From the NCBI GenBank assembly GCA_048887145.1, contig JBHLKA010000003.1:1-54828 (forward strand): DNA of 54,828 bases. Direction: 5' to 3'. The stretch comes from Candidatus Hodarchaeota archaeon (GTDB taxonomy: Archaea > Asgardarchaeota > Lokiarchaeia > Sigyniarchaeales > SOKP01). The notes beneath the pieces are model-generated. The model did no database searches and was not told where the DNA came from. It saw only the letters and a program-made list of their open reading frames with translations. Positions within the stretch are counted from its first letter, which is position 1; every line of letters starts with the position of its first letter. A program made the translations under genes and the position numbers. This document shows, in pieces, positions 54,301 through 54,828 of the stretch.

Positions 54301-54828
54301 TTACTCTGTATATATTCCATACTTTTTAAATACTTTAATTAATTCTTCACTCGCTAAAAGTTTCATAATATCTGACATTGGAGCTAAAACTTCTTCTTTC
54401 TTTAATTCTCTTTTATTACTAATTCTTCCTTCTTTTACTTCAAAAGCACTTTGCGCCCAACTATACTCGTCATTAAAGGTAAACCAAATATCTTTATATG
54501 CACCTTCCTGTCCACCATCTCTTGCAAGTGGTTTTTCTTCGATGGGAACTTCTGGGTCTTGTAAATAACACCAATCCAAAATGACCCATTCAAAATTTCT
54601 CTCGGAATCAGGTCTATCAGCCAGATATATACAATATGCATGCCCTCCAAGTTCAGAATCAGATGGCGCAAAAACAGGATCCGCTATAACCTGTGCAGCA
54701 CATACTTTAACCCGCCATGAAGGAATTCCAGCGTTAATCAATAAACTCGCAATAAGAATAGCACCATCTTCACAATCTCCTATCTCAGATTGAATCGATT
54801 CGAAAGGAAATTGCCAAAATTCTGGGCA
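54301..54828 (-). CDS. Transglutaminase-like cysteine peptidase domain protein (5' end outside the window)
   Basis: The frame is open to the window edge: EFWQFPFE..GDCEDGAILIASLL, GGHAYC, WVILDW give a Cys-His-Asp triad. Confidence 0.85.
   Translation of the reverse strand, partial: CPEFWQFPFESIQSEIGDCEDGAILIASLLINAGIPSWRVKVCAAQVIADPVFAPSDSELGGHAYCIYLADRPDSERNFEWVILDWCYLQDPEVPIEEKPLARDGGQEGAYKDIWFTFNDEYSWAQSAFEVKEGRISNKRELKKEEVLAPMSDIMKLLASEELIKVFKKYGIYTE

Noticed and set aside
2949-54793. Many 60-120 aa ORFs nested within or antisense to longer genes (e.g. 2949, 3570, 6562, 18170, 25883, 26634, 32334, 37468, 40455, 42631, 54581)
   Set aside because: They overlap well-supported genes, show the Ser/Phe/Ile bias of antisense frames and contain no motifs.
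1-54828. rRNA, tRNA, CRISPR array, transposase or integrase
   Set aside because: No GC-rich structured intergenic segment, regularly spaced repeat-spacer pattern or recombinase motif was seen. Intergenic gaps are short and AT-rich.

Overview
AT-rich archaeal chromosomal window of about 55 protein-coding genes. No rRNA, tRNA, CRISPR array or recognisable mobile element was seen. Gene content points to an Asgard archaeon, most likely Lokiarchaeia (inference): an actin-related protein, longin-like and roadblock proteins, a ubiquitin-fold protein, SepCysS, SepF, an Lsm-rpl37e pair, ASH-Ski2 helicase and PINA. The most unusual items are: (1) an actin-related protein that has lost its ATP-hydrolysis residues and carries a ~135-aa double zinc-ribbon insert; (2) a ubiquitin-fold precursor ending in a SUMO-like QAGG-V, near a membrane protein with a C4C4 RING-like finger and a roadblock-coupled E1-like enzyme; (3) a two-TM surface protein with QWAN repeats that recall the insert of Dictyostelium LmpA (CD36/LIMP-2 family); (4) a SIRT6/7-like class IV sirtuin; (5) an SSUH2-like DnaJ zinc-finger protein; (6) a DRG GTPase with degenerate motifs; (7) an Ltp3/Ltp4-like DUF35-thiolase-thiolase-DUF35 operon. 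The ORF track misses a 53-aa gene and the N-terminal zinc ribbon of a threonine synthase-wHTH fusion that seems to need a non-canonical start. Family assignments come from motif recognition and recalled sequences, not from database searches.
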